From Escherichia phage SRT7, in the sequence record NC_048002.1: a DNA stretch of 39,883 bases; one strand, given 5' to 3'. The position numbers were made by a program, and so were the translations under genes. A model generated the notes under the pieces. That model was not told where the DNA came from. It did no database searches and saw only the letters and a list, made by a program, of their open reading frames with translations. Shown one piece after another: positions 1-9,404 of this stretch. The number at the start of each line of letters is the position of its first letter. Position 1 is the first letter of the stretch.

Positions 1-175
1 AGGGACTGAGGCATAACCAAATGTCACCAAAGGTCTCCCAAATGTCACCAAATGTCTCACCGCACCACCTCAGGAGAACCAAAGGTGAACTGAAAGAGGA
101 ACCAAAGGGGAAAGGGACACCAAAGGTGAACTGAAAGAGGCCTATGGGGGAACTTTGGGAGTTGTATCTTTGAGA
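1..175. repeat. Direct terminal repeat, 175 bp, identical to 39709-39883 (phage right-end copy in conventional orientation)
   Basis: First 175 nt match the last 175 nt of the window exactly; contains short CCAAAGG repeats. Confidence 0.95.
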
Positions 176-565
176 TAGTCACTCAGATTTTTCTGTAGGA
201 TTCTTAAAGGGACCTCCAAAGGTATCACCAAAGGGTACGGCCTAACCAAAGGTAGACCACAAGAGGCCATGAGAGACCCTTGGATGGTTAACGTTTAGGT
301 GGTCAGGTGTGAGTGATGTGATAGTGTGTATCATCATATCAGGAACACCTATAGACCCATTTGAGTACACCGTAGCGTTTACCTCTTTAGGATATAACTA
401 TAGGATAGCTATGTGCCTCTAAGTACCATTAGGATAGGGTGATTATAATAATATCCACCCTCTCATAAGGACACTCTAAGTAATCTGTTAATGGTCATAA
501 TGGTCTTGAATGAATACTTATGGTGAATAACTATAATGATAACTTAAGGTAGTCTTTGAGTACCC

Positions 566-587
566 TCTCCCTATAGTGTGGGTTAAT
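566..587 (-). promoter_or_regulatory. Phage RNAP promoter (phiOR-like), downstream of terminase gene
   Basis: Minus strand reads ATTAACCCACACTATAGGGAGA; one of 12 near-identical copies. Confidence 0.85.
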
Positions 588-690
588 GCAAACCTATTGA
601 TTCATAAGGAATTTCTAAAAGAGGCACATCCTTGTGTCCTCTCATAGTTATTCACTTAAAGTGCATAAGCACTCAATGTGACCTAAGGTA

Positions 691-2442
691 TTACCATCCC
701 ATGATGTTACCACTAGACAAGTCGTCATCCTCATAGTAGACATCAAGTGCACCAAAGGTCATCTGGTGGATGTGCTTGTTGCTCACTAAGGACGACTCCA
801 TGTGGTGCTCAAGGAACTCCAGCACCTTCTCTTCTTCAACCTTAACGCTGTCCAACTTCATGGACTCACGAAGGAACTCTACGCCTAACGCTAAGGCATC
901 CAGCCTATCGTCATGCTTAAGGGCTCCCTTAACGCGCGTGATGCGTGTGAACTGGTGGAAGAGACTGTAGGACACATCGGGTTTACCATCCTTGTCACGA
1001 GCTGTCTGATAGTCCTCACGGATGACCTCATCACGAATGACAAGACGGTGAGTCGTTAAGACTGGCTCTAAGGTATCGCAGATGCGCAACTCCTTCATCC
1101 CTCGTGCACGAATCTCCTCAAGTGTAGCAGGATGATACTGTAGCAGGATTGGCTGGAATACCTTACCGAACATGCCGTCACCGAAGTTGGACTCAAAGAC
1201 CACTGTCTGTACTTTCCACTTCTTGGCAATCTTGGCTAACTCAATCAACGTCTTCTCTTCGTACCCGTCCTTGCCGCCAGCTTCCATCAGATAGATGTAG
1301 CCATTCAGCGCATACAGGACGCAATAACCCGTCTCATCCTTGCCTCGACCACTAGGGTCAATCACAAGAATCTTCTGGGTATACTCAGAGGAACGGTTAG
1401 AGCACTCATGGTAACTGTGCAGGGAATCGCCCTTAAGTCCCACGTTAGGAAGCTCGTCATTCACGTTCTGACGGTTCGGTAGCCATTGGTAATGCATTGG
1501 TGCCTTCTCGATGTCCAAGGCCGCTACGATGCAATCACGCATACGTAATGGGTACTTCTCGGCATCACTGAGGTTGGGGTTAAGCATGAACTGCAACGTG
1601 TAACCAGCCTTCCCATATTCAAGCTCACGCTCACGAAGGTCATCGTGGTCGAATCGCACAGGGTCGGTAGGTTGACCAGCAAGCATCTCAGGGTACTCGT
1701 CGTACTCCTCACGTAGCATCGGGGCCAGTCGCTGAGAGTAATACAAATCCTCTTCCTTGTTGCGTGGGTATTGAGCTGGCCAGATTGTGGTCGTGTAACC
1801 ACGGTTATCTTCCAGTTCCTTATAGAGAGTCATTTCGGTCTGTGGTGTACCCAAGTAGATAACCCGAGAGCTATCCAAAGGCTTCAGCAAGGCCGCAAAC
1901 TCCTGTACCAGAGTCCATAGCTTCTCACGAGCACCAGCAGTAGCACTGTTGCCGGGAACCTCTACGTCATCTGCTAGGATGATATCAGCACGACTACCAG
2001 TCAACTGACCAGTAATACCTACTGACTTCACGCTCGGACTATGGTCAGGCATAGCTGGTCCAACGTCAAAGCTAATCACACTGTCACGCTGTCCCGGACG
2101 AGGCTTAAGCTCATGAAGGAAAGGCAACAAGTCAATGATGTTCTTAATGAAGATACTGTTAGCATCCGCACGTTCCTTGGAGGCCGACACAATGAGGACC
2201 TTTAGTTGCGGGTTACGCCATAGCGTCCAGACCACAAAGGCACACAAGATGAACGACTTCCCGATACCTCGGAATGCCTGAAGGATGAACTTCTTGTTAC
2301 GCTCGTCAGCTACTACCTTCGCCATGTCAATCTGACACTTGGTTGGCTTGGGTAGATTCAGTGCCCTCCATAATACAAACAGGAAGGCAACGAAGTCTGA
2401 TTTGAGCTGTTGGATAATCTTATCGTTATCGTAGTCGCTCAC
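691..2442 (-). CDS. gp19: Terminase large subunit (T7 gp19-like)
   Basis: 583 aa; strong similarity to recalled T7 gp19; GTG start at 2442 preceded by AAGGAGA; last gene before right end. Confidence 0.93.
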   Translation of the reverse strand: MSDYDNDKIIQQLKSDFVAFLFVLWRALNLPKPTKCQIDMAKVVADERNKKFILQAFRGIGKSFILCAFVVWTLWRNPQLKVLIVSASKERADANSIFIKNIIDLLPFLHELKPRPGQRDSVISFDVGPAMPDHSPSVKSVGITGQLTGSRADIILADDVEVPGNSATAGAREKLWTLVQEFAALLKPLDSSRVIYLGTPQTEMTLYKELEDNRGYTTTIWPAQYPRNKEEDLYYSQRLAPMLREEYDEYPEMLAGQPTDPVRFDHDDLRERELEYGKAGYTLQFMLNPNLSDAEKYPLRMRDCIVAALDIEKAPMHYQWLPNRQNVNDELPNVGLKGDSLHSYHECSNRSSEYTQKILVIDPSGRGKDETGYCVLYALNGYIYLMEAGGKDGYEEKTLIELAKIAKKWKVQTVVFESNFGDGMFGKVFQPILLQYHPATLEEIRARGMKELRICDTLEPVLTTHRLVIRDEVIREDYQTARDKDGKPDVSYSLFHQFTRITRVKGALKHDDRLDALALGVEFLRESMKLDSVKVEEEKVLEFLEHHMESSLVSNKHIHQMTFGALDVYYEDDDLSSGNIMGW

Positions 2443-2890
2443 TGTTGTTCTCCTTATGGTTAGCTATCAGTTTACGAATAGTGTCTTGAAGGGCTTTCTC
2501 CTTCAGGTCAGCAGCCTCTGTTATTTTGACAAGGCTTCTAACAGTTGACTCGTGTAGTTCGACGGGGATAACAGACTCGCATCGACCGTCACTGCTTCTG
2601 GCTGAGCCGGGGGCGCATACTTTGGCGTACAGCCGCCTGTTATCAGACTTAAGGTCAGCAATAACCCTATCAGTGCTGCCTTCCAGCGCGGAGTAGTCTT
2701 CTTGGTACTTAGCGCTAATCTTGTTGACCGCATCCTGAGTAGCTTGTTTAGCTTCTGTCTTCGTAACGTACTCATTGTGTATCTCCTCCTTCCATTTGGT
2801 CTCCACCTTGGTGCTACCAACGTTATACCCTAAGGCAAACACGCCGATTAACACTAGGATTGGGAGAGCCTTCTTTAAAATCTCCAGCAT
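2426..2890 (-). CDS. gp18.5: i-spanin (Rz-like, T7 gp18.5-like)
   Basis: 154 aa; N-terminal TM segment; similarity to T7 gp18.5; overlaps gene 19 start. Confidence 0.85.
   Translation of the reverse strand: MLEILKKALPILVLIGVFALGYNVGSTKVETKWKEEIHNEYVTKTEAKQATQDAVNKISAKYQEDYSALEGSTDRVIADLKSDNRRLYAKVCAPGSARSSDGRCESVIPVELHESTVRSLVKITEAADLKEKALQDTIRKLIANHKENNSERLR
2521..2775 (-). CDS. gp18.7: o-spanin (Rz1-like, T7 gp18.7-like), embedded in gp18.5 in another frame
   Basis: Internal ATG at 2775 gives MSTLRRQ..., 84 aa; AGGAGGA RBS; hydrophobic signal then Cys (LITGGC); matches T7 gp18.7 N-terminus. Confidence 0.7.
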   Translation of the reverse strand: MSTLRRQKLNKLLRMRSTRLALSTKKTTPRWKAALIGLLLTLSLITGGCTPKYAPPAQPEAVTVDASLLSPSNYTSQLLEALSK

Positions 2891-2944
2891 AATGCCTCCC
2901 GTCTTTTATCAGATTTCACGTAGGAACGCCTACAGTTGTGTTAA

Positions 2945-2992
2945 GCATTCATAAAGGCCACCACATGTAGTGACCTTGAGTATGCCTATCAG
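2945..2992 (-). promoter_or_regulatory. RNase III-type processing hairpin (R18.5-like), overlaps gene 18 stop
   Basis: Minus RNA CTGATAGG...AAGGTCAC-loop-GTGGCCTT; 8-bp upper stem; same motif family at 25527, 36021, 37847. Confidence 0.5.
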
Positions 2993-3261
2993 TTGAGCGT
3001 TGGTCGCTCGTCTTCGGTTAGACCATCGGAGCCTACCTGAGCGTTATAGTCGCCAAGTGCTCCAGCCAGTCCACCAAGGATGTTTGCATCAGGTTTCAGC
3101 TTAGCAATCTGGAACTTATGGCGCTCCAGCAGTTTACCTATGGCGTTATAGAGCTGAGGGGTTCTACGCTCAGGGTTCTGTAGGTCCATCAGCATCTGCT
3201 GTGCCATGTTGGTGTCCAGCATCTCAAGGAGAGACATAAGGGTTGCATCAGGTTTACTCAT
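2989..3261 (-). CDS. gp18: Terminase small subunit (T7 gp18-like)
   Basis: 90 aa; LLEMLDT...PQLYNAIGKLLERHKFQI matches T7 gp18. Confidence 0.9.
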   Translation of the reverse strand: MSKPDATLMSLLEMLDTNMAQQMLMDLQNPERRTPQLYNAIGKLLERHKFQIAKLKPDANILGGLAGALGDYNAQVGSDGLTEDERPTLN

Positions 3262-3460
3262 TGCGACCTCCTAATTCCATCTTCTTGTACTCAAGCCACT
3301 TGTCGAACATCTTGGAGCCAATCTGCACGAGGGTGTAGACGATAGCCGCCACGTAGAACCATTCGTTCAACGATAGGCCCCAAAAGGTACGCAAGGCGAC
3401 ATCTCCAGCAGCAGCCGCAGGAATGGCAATCGTACCATTGTTAAAATCCAATGACATCAT
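3254..3460 (-). CDS. gp17.5: Holin (T7 gp17.5-like, class II)
   Basis: 68 aa; MMSLDFNN...GLSLNEWFYVAAIVYTLVQIG matches T7 gp17.5. Confidence 0.88.
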   Translation of the reverse strand: MMSLDFNNGTIAIPAAAAGDVALRTFWGLSLNEWFYVAAIVYTLVQIGSKMFDKWLEYKKMELGGRNE

Positions 3461-3523
3461 GTGTCACCTCCTTATTGTGTGGGACTATCCGTGTCCCTGC
3501 TCGTGTTCCTTACGTTTGATTGA

Positions 3524-5359
3524 TTACAGAAGTTCCAGAACCTCCACCTTCTGTACCGGTCCTGCGGTACTCGACTGAAGCATCCTAATTGACGTCTCGG
3601 AAGGAGCATCATACTGCTGGCTCCAGCTACCCATCTGTGTATAGATTCTGATTCCCGGCTCAGGTAGGATTATGCCTACAACACTCTTTAACCCCGTGCC
3701 GGGGATGAAGTGTAGTCGCAGGTGGCGGTTGATAATATTCTCACCAAGGTCAATCTCCCCTTGGGATACTCCAAACGACCCCTCATACAATGTTCGTGGA
3801 GTATATTGGGAGAGTTTCACACGGTTCTCCAGAGAGAGGGTGCGGTTAGTCAGCTCAGTATACACCTGCTCGACTCGTGAAGCTAACACAGCGGCATCCA
3901 CCGAACCCGGATTGTTGACAACACCATGAGTCCTGATAACCCAGACAATCACGATGCCATTCATACGGGCTTCATTAATGTCCTTCTTGTATACGTCGTT
4001 CCACAGTGACGCGTCGAAACCTAACTGAGCACCACTGGTATCGTTAGTTGCACCTTTGTTGGAGCGCCCAGCGTTGTAGAATGCACCAGAGGCACTGGAG
4101 GCCAGCTCATTATCGGCAAGTGCAATCAGACCCTCAATGTTTGGTAGAGCTGACTTCTGAACGTCACCTACAGTAAACCCAGCGTCACCACGGAACACAG
4201 GAGCCTTAATGGAACCCGCATAGACACCGTTGAGGTCAGGTACGCGGAAAGTGGTCGTACCGTTACCTAAGGTATAACAACCACGTTTACCGGGGTCAGA
4301 CAGCCATACGGCGTCAGAGACAACCGGGAGGCGTCCTGCCAGTAACTCAGCTACTAGTGCAGGGAACTGGTTGCGGTTCAGCAGTTGACCGTCCCCATAC
4401 ACTGTACCCGGCTTAGCGTAAGTACGAGAGTTGTGGACCTCAAACTCACCAACCTGACGTACAGCCACTCCGTTAATCCGGTCAACCAGAGTGTTAAACT
4501 GAATTAGCTTATCGGATTCAGTCTTTGCGTTACTTGCAGATGTCGCAGCGTTGCCCTCAGATACAGCGGCCTGTTGAGCAGACGTGTTGGCTGCATCGCG
4601 GTAACCCATAGCGTCGTTGGCGTAACCACCAGCACGGTCAGCCTGTGCCTTAGCGTTCGCTACTTGTGCCTGAGAGTTACCCGCAGAGGTTGCAGACGCA
4701 TTAGCGCTATCCTCAGAGGTCAACGCCCAATGCTTAGCGGAATACTGACTGGAGACCACAGGTGTTCCTTTAGGGTTCTCAGCCCACTTCTGGGCTAACA
4801 GCTCGGAAGCCTTTGAGTTTGTCTCAGAGGTCTTGGCGTTGGTCTCGGACACCTTGGCTTTATTGGCGCTGTCGGCAGCACTACCAGACCAACGGTTCAT
4901 CTGGCCTACGGTAACAACGTCACCAGCGTCCACACCATCTGCCACGTTAACGATACGACGACCACGACCATCAAGGTTGCCATCGTTGTTAACGCCAATG
5001 GTATCAGCGGTCAGGTCTCGCGCTTCTTCAGCAACGTGCAGGGTCTGAATCTGAGATACGTTAAGGTCTGTAGCTCGCAGGATGGAACCATCACTGAAGT
5101 CAACCAGACGTTCACTTGCAGAAGTGTATCGACGAATCTCAATCTGTTGATAGTTATCGGCTGGGCCCCATGCCTTAGTCGTAGATATAAGGTTGCGGGT
5201 AGCGAAGCGATAATCGGTCACAACAACCAGCTCTTTACGGTCTTGACCAATGAGCGTTACCACCACGAACTTACGTGACAGGTACTCAAAGGGAATCGCA
5301 AAGTCAGTCGTGGTGCCATCTAATGGGTACGTATAAACTGTCTTAATGACGTTTGCCAT
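3524..5359 (-). CDS. gp17: Tail fibre protein (T7 gp17-like N-terminus, divergent C-terminal domain)
   Basis: 611 aa; N-terminal ~150 aa closely match T7 gp17; AGGAGG RBS; phi17 promoter upstream. Confidence 0.9.
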   Translation of the reverse strand: MANVIKTVYTYPLDGTTTDFAIPFEYLSRKFVVVTLIGQDRKELVVVTDYRFATRNLISTTKAWGPADNYQQIEIRRYTSASERLVDFSDGSILRATDLNVSQIQTLHVAEEARDLTADTIGVNNDGNLDGRGRRIVNVADGVDAGDVVTVGQMNRWSGSAADSANKAKVSETNAKTSETNSKASELLAQKWAENPKGTPVVSSQYSAKHWALTSEDSANASATSAGNSQAQVANAKAQADRAGGYANDAMGYRDAANTSAQQAAVSEGNAATSASNAKTESDKLIQFNTLVDRINGVAVRQVGEFEVHNSRTYAKPGTVYGDGQLLNRNQFPALVAELLAGRLPVVSDAVWLSDPGKRGCYTLGNGTTTFRVPDLNGVYAGSIKAPVFRGDAGFTVGDVQKSALPNIEGLIALADNELASSASGAFYNAGRSNKGATNDTSGAQLGFDASLWNDVYKKDINEARMNGIVIVWVIRTHGVVNNPGSVDAAVLASRVEQVYTELTNRTLSLENRVKLSQYTPRTLYEGSFGVSQGEIDLGENIINRHLRLHFIPGTGLKSVVGIILPEPGIRIYTQMGSWSQQYDAPSETSIRMLQSSTAGPVQKVEVLELL

Positions 5360-5399
5360 GTGGCCTCCTTATGAAAACTAGAGGGAGGACGTGATTGCC

Positions 5400-5421
5400 T
5401 CTCCCTATAGTGTGGGTTAAT
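5400..5421 (-). promoter_or_regulatory. Phage RNAP promoter (phi17-like)
   Basis: tctccctatagtgtgggttaat on plus strand, i.e. consensus promoter on minus strand. Confidence 0.88.
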
Positions 5422-5423
5422 GA

Positions 5424-8400
5424 TTACCAGCGCTCTGAACGCTTAGGTCGCTCGGTTGTGTAGATGTGCTCTTCGAAAGCACCCAGAAGTAGTCTCTGAG
5501 TAATCGGGTCGTTCGGGAGAACTTCCTTCATATTCTGATAGACACCTGTAGTGAACTCCGTGGAGTCGCGAGGGCCATTGGCACCTCCGAGGTTCCAGAG
5601 GTTCTGACCGAGAGACACCGTAGAGCCAACGTAGTTAGCCACAGGGAACTGTTGACCAATAGCACCCATCAGCTCAGCCGTACCGGAACGACCAGAGGAA
5701 GCCTTGTTAGGGTCTCGCTGTGGTGCATCCTTAGGACTGATAGTGGTACGCATGTACTGACTAGGGGTTAGACCTAATGGGCCAAGTAGCATATCGGCTA
5801 CACCTAATGGCGCACCAGTGATAGAGCTTCGGGAGGCCGCAGCGTAGGTAACCATCTCAGGCGATAAAGCCTTGAAGAGATAGGCCTCACGTTGGTTCTC
5901 AGGAAGACCAGCAGCTTTCATGTGTGACTGCATCACATAGAACGAACCAGCCAACATTCCAGAGATACCAGTAGACAACGCAGCATCCATAGCTCGACCA
6001 TCTCGAGTCGCCTGATAGTAAGTACGTAGGGTCTTACCATTGAGGGACTTAATGACGAACGTCTTAAACTGGAGAGCAGCACCCACAATCGGGCCCAACT
6101 GTTTCACGTTCTGAGCGTTCAGCTTGGAAGGACGAAGCATGGTCTCATCGGCTACCTTGTCAGCCATACGCCACAAGTCCATAGCCCGAGGGTCAAGGCT
6201 CATTGCGTGTTGGTCTGGGAAGCTCCACTTACCGTTAGCGTCCACCTTGGCGTGGTCTTTGAGGAACTGAATGATACCCTTGGACTGCTCAGGCGTGATG
6301 CTGGCAGACTTCAGGAAGTTCTCATTGAGCCACTTGGATGACTTACCAGTCGCAGCGTGTTCAATCAGGTTCCCAATGAGACCCTGACGTGCAGCGCTAA
6401 GCAGGTAGTTCGTGGTGCCTTGTAGCAGCTTACTCATAGGCCACGCAGCGGCAATCTCCTGAGTCCCGAACTTAAGGGAACCCAGAGCGTTTGCACCGAA
6501 TGAACCCATACCAGAGTTGTCACGAAGAGACTGAATGAGGTCTGCCCGTTGAGGGCGAATCATATTGTCCACTTCACGACCCATCAAGCCATACTCCAGC
6601 TTCTGAAGGTCAGTCCCGGAGACAGCCTTAGTGGAACGCATCATGTCACGAACCACAGGGATACCGTGGAACAGAGCACGAACGTTACCCTTGGCAATCA
6701 TACCACCAATCTCCGTCAGGTTCAGAAGACCCATGTAGGCGTTCTTAGCGACAAAGCTCAGGTCTTTAAGAACACCCATAGCCATGTCCACAGCGCCGTT
6801 AGGGTCACGACGAGCACGACCAGTGAGTAACTTCACGGTATCTTCGAGGGCGTTAGCGTCCTGCTTCAGCTTACCGGAAGGGTCACTCTTGGCTCGCTCA
6901 CGGATAGCGGTAATCTTATCCAGCAAGTCCTGAGTAGTCTGACCCGTAGAGTGAATCGCAATGTCACCATTGGTTCGACGGGCATAATTACGCAGCAGCT
7001 TGTTAGCGTCAAAGCTACGAAGGTCATTCAGGGAGAACATCGTACCATCTGGCAGTTGAGACTTGAAGCCCATGCTAAACCCATGACGGCTCTCAAGGAA
7101 GTTGTTCTTCCCGAGGTTCATAGAGTTCGACGCAGAGGCGATATCGTCCAGTGCAAGGTTGGTAGTAAACTCACCATTTACAATACCGAATGCCTTATCA
7201 TTGGCCCACTTCTCAACCATCTCAGGTGTAACTGCGGCTGGGCTATCCAGACCGTTCTTAGCGGCTACCATCTCGTCTACCACAGACTTCGTGTTAGGGT
7301 TGGACGCATAGTCAGCCAAGAAGTGGCGCTGCATGGCACCTTGAGCATCCTCAATGGAGTTCCCAAAGACATTACGGAATGCAGCCACCTTCTCAGGTAC
7401 ATAAGCCACCGGGAAGTATTTGCCGCTAAGTTTCGTCTTGTTCATCACAGGGATTGCTTTAGGGTTACCGAACATCGCAGGGTTAGACATAGCGTCTTCC
7501 TTGCTGGTGGTGAACCGGAAGATTTCATCACGCAGCTTGGATTCACCCTTGGTCAACTTAGAGACGCCAATACCATCTTCCTGTGCTTCCACTGCACGAC
7601 GCACCACGGTCTCACGTGCCAGAGCATCCCCACGGTTAGCGCCCATAGTCCACTCAGGGTCTTTGATTGCATCACGTGTGAACTGCTCAATAGCCGTTAG
7701 GTCGGACGTATCGGTGTAGTGCAGACGCTCAGCCACGTCAGAGGCAACCGTACCGGACTTACCGGAGCCGCCTTTAACGTAACCTGTAGTGGAACGCAGG
7801 AGGTCATAGGCAACACCACGGACTTCATCGTCGGCAGAGCGAGACAGGTGCAGGGAGATATCGGTCATGGAACCCATACGTACACCCATAGAGCCCTTAG
7901 TCACCTCAGGGTCTACCGAAGCAAACTGAGAGGCACTATTAGGGTTCAGAGGGTTACTGGTTGACAGCACTTGACCATCCGGCAGGACTACTTCGCCACT
8001 GTCGAGGGTTGCATATTGAGAGCCATTCGGAGAGGTCTTAAAGTCCAGACCCTCGGTACTCACAGCAGAGTTATCCGGTAGGCCACGCATGGCTGCATCA
8101 CGAGACTCAGCGCGAGCTGTTGCCGCAAGGACGCTCTCAGCTTCACGAGGGTTGGCACGATGTAACACACCAGTCAGGCCAGCACCGAACAGTAAGCCAC
8201 CACCAGCCGCCATCATGTAGTCTGCATGTCCACCACCAACACCCACACGTAAACCTTCAGAGGCTACGTTCAGAGCACCAGCTTGAGTACCTACAGTCAC
8301 CATACGACGACCTAGGGAGATACCCTTGGAAGCCGCACCAGCAATCGGGATGTAGCTCACAGGGTCTACAGCAGCACCAGCGAGAGCACCCACGAGGTGG

Positions 8401-9386
8401 GCACCCATACCAGCATCGGCTACAGAGTCCTGACGGTCCTGACGTTCCTTAGCCAGCTTAATCATCTCATCGAGAGTCTCAGCGTTGGACCCAAGGACAG
8501 ACTGAGCGTACTCAGCACGAAGACCACTCTCACGAATCTTTTGGATATCATCAGGAGTGAACGTGTAGCTGTTCCACTTGGATGGTGTAATAGTTGCAGA
8601 CCAAACGTCATACCCGTTGTCGCCAAGGGCTGCATCAGCCATCGTAGCTAGAGCGGAGTTCTGTACCTCAACCTTAGCCACGTCACCAGTCTTATAGAAT
8701 AACCCTTTGTCAGCTCCCTGAGGCTTATAGTTCTCCTCTGGCTGGTCGTTCTGTACTGCCCACGTATTGGCAGCAGTACGTTCGTTCAATTGGTCATACT
8801 TAAGGTTAGACGTGTCCATGTTGACGCTTGCAGTCTCTGGACCGGGAGCCCCACGAGTTACCTTAGAGGCTGGGGCTTCGACCTCATAGATTCCCTTTGC
8901 GAAGTCACCGAACTTCTCAATGGCTTCTGAGCGCAGGGACTTAGCGGAACCTACCAGTTTACGGATGTACAGGCGACCTTCATCACCAATGCTACCGTAG
9001 TCCTGCTTATCGTAGGCTTCAATCTGAGGCATACCAGTCGGGCCTTCCCCAACGTTATACATCAGGGCGGCTCGCAGCTCATCACCATTAGACTTCTTAA
9101 CGAAGCCAGCAAGCAACTTAGCAGCAGCCGGGATTGCTTTCTCAGGGTTGTAACGGTCATCAGCCGGGTTGTCCTCTTTGAAGACATTGAGTCCCATAGC
9201 CCGACCAGTACCAGCAGTCATCTGCATGATACCCTTAGGTCCTGTAGGTGACTTAGCGTTAGCGTTAAAGCTGGACTCATTGAACGTTAAGTGTCGAAGG
9301 AGGTCATAAGAGACCCCGTTGGCATCGGCAGCTTGACGAATCAGTCCATCGTATTGGTTAGGGATAGTTTTGTCATATTTAGCCAT
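5424..9386 (-). CDS. gp16: Internal virion protein D (T7 gp16-like) with N-terminal lytic transglycosylase domain
   Basis: 1320 aa; N-terminus MAKYDK...GLIRQAADANGVSYDLLR matches T7 gp16. Confidence 0.92.
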   Translation of the reverse strand: MAKYDKTIPNQYDGLIRQAADANGVSYDLLRHLTFNESSFNANAKSPTGPKGIMQMTAGTGRAMGLNVFKEDNPADDRYNPEKAIPAAAKLLAGFVKKSNGDELRAALMYNVGEGPTGMPQIEAYDKQDYGSIGDEGRLYIRKLVGSAKSLRSEAIEKFGDFAKGIYEVEAPASKVTRGAPGPETASVNMDTSNLKYDQLNERTAANTWAVQNDQPEENYKPQGADKGLFYKTGDVAKVEVQNSALATMADAALGDNGYDVWSATITPSKWNSYTFTPDDIQKIRESGLRAEYAQSVLGSNAETLDEMIKLAKERQDRQDSVADAGMGAHLVGALAGAAVDPVSYIPIAGAASKGISLGRRMVTVGTQAGALNVASEGLRVGVGGGHADYMMAAGGGLLFGAGLTGVLHRANPREAESVLAATARAESRDAAMRGLPDNSAVSTEGLDFKTSPNGSQYATLDSGEVVLPDGQVLSTSNPLNPNSASQFASVDPEVTKGSMGVRMGSMTDISLHLSRSADDEVRGVAYDLLRSTTGYVKGGSGKSGTVASDVAERLHYTDTSDLTAIEQFTRDAIKDPEWTMGANRGDALARETVVRRAVEAQEDGIGVSKLTKGESKLRDEIFRFTTSKEDAMSNPAMFGNPKAIPVMNKTKLSGKYFPVAYVPEKVAAFRNVFGNSIEDAQGAMQRHFLADYASNPNTKSVVDEMVAAKNGLDSPAAVTPEMVEKWANDKAFGIVNGEFTTNLALDDIASASNSMNLGKNNFLESRHGFSMGFKSQLPDGTMFSLNDLRSFDANKLLRNYARRTNGDIAIHSTGQTTQDLLDKITAIRERAKSDPSGKLKQDANALEDTVKLLTGRARRDPNGAVDMAMGVLKDLSFVAKNAYMGLLNLTEIGGMIAKGNVRALFHGIPVVRDMMRSTKAVSGTDLQKLEYGLMGREVDNMIRPQRADLIQSLRDNSGMGSFGANALGSLKFGTQEIAAAWPMSKLLQGTTNYLLSAARQGLIGNLIEHAATGKSSKWLNENFLKSASITPEQSKGIIQFLKDHAKVDANGKWSFPDQHAMSLDPRAMDLWRMADKVADETMLRPSKLNAQNVKQLGPIVGAALQFKTFVIKSLNGKTLRTYYQATRDGRAMDAALSTGISGMLAGSFYVMQSHMKAAGLPENQREAYLFKALSPEMVTYAAASRSSITGAPLGVADMLLGPLGLTPSQYMRTTISPKDAPQRDPNKASSGRSGTAELMGAIGQQFPVANYVGSTVSLGQNLWNLGGANGPRDSTEFTTGVYQNMKEVLPNDPITQRLLLGAFEEHIYTTERPKRSERW

Positions 9387-9404
9387 CTCAGGGTCTCCTT
9401 ATGG

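Noticed and set aside
176-565. A gene 19.5 homologue at the right end
   Set aside because: Only ORFs of 31 codons or fewer without an RBS are present; retained as an open question in the findings.
6951-7700. 249-aa plus-strand ORF antisense to gp16, and similar plus-strand ORFs (e.g. 23695-24366, 11304-11828, 18299-18673)
   Set aside because: All lie inside well-supported minus-strand genes and lack start signals; the whole genome is transcribed from one strand.
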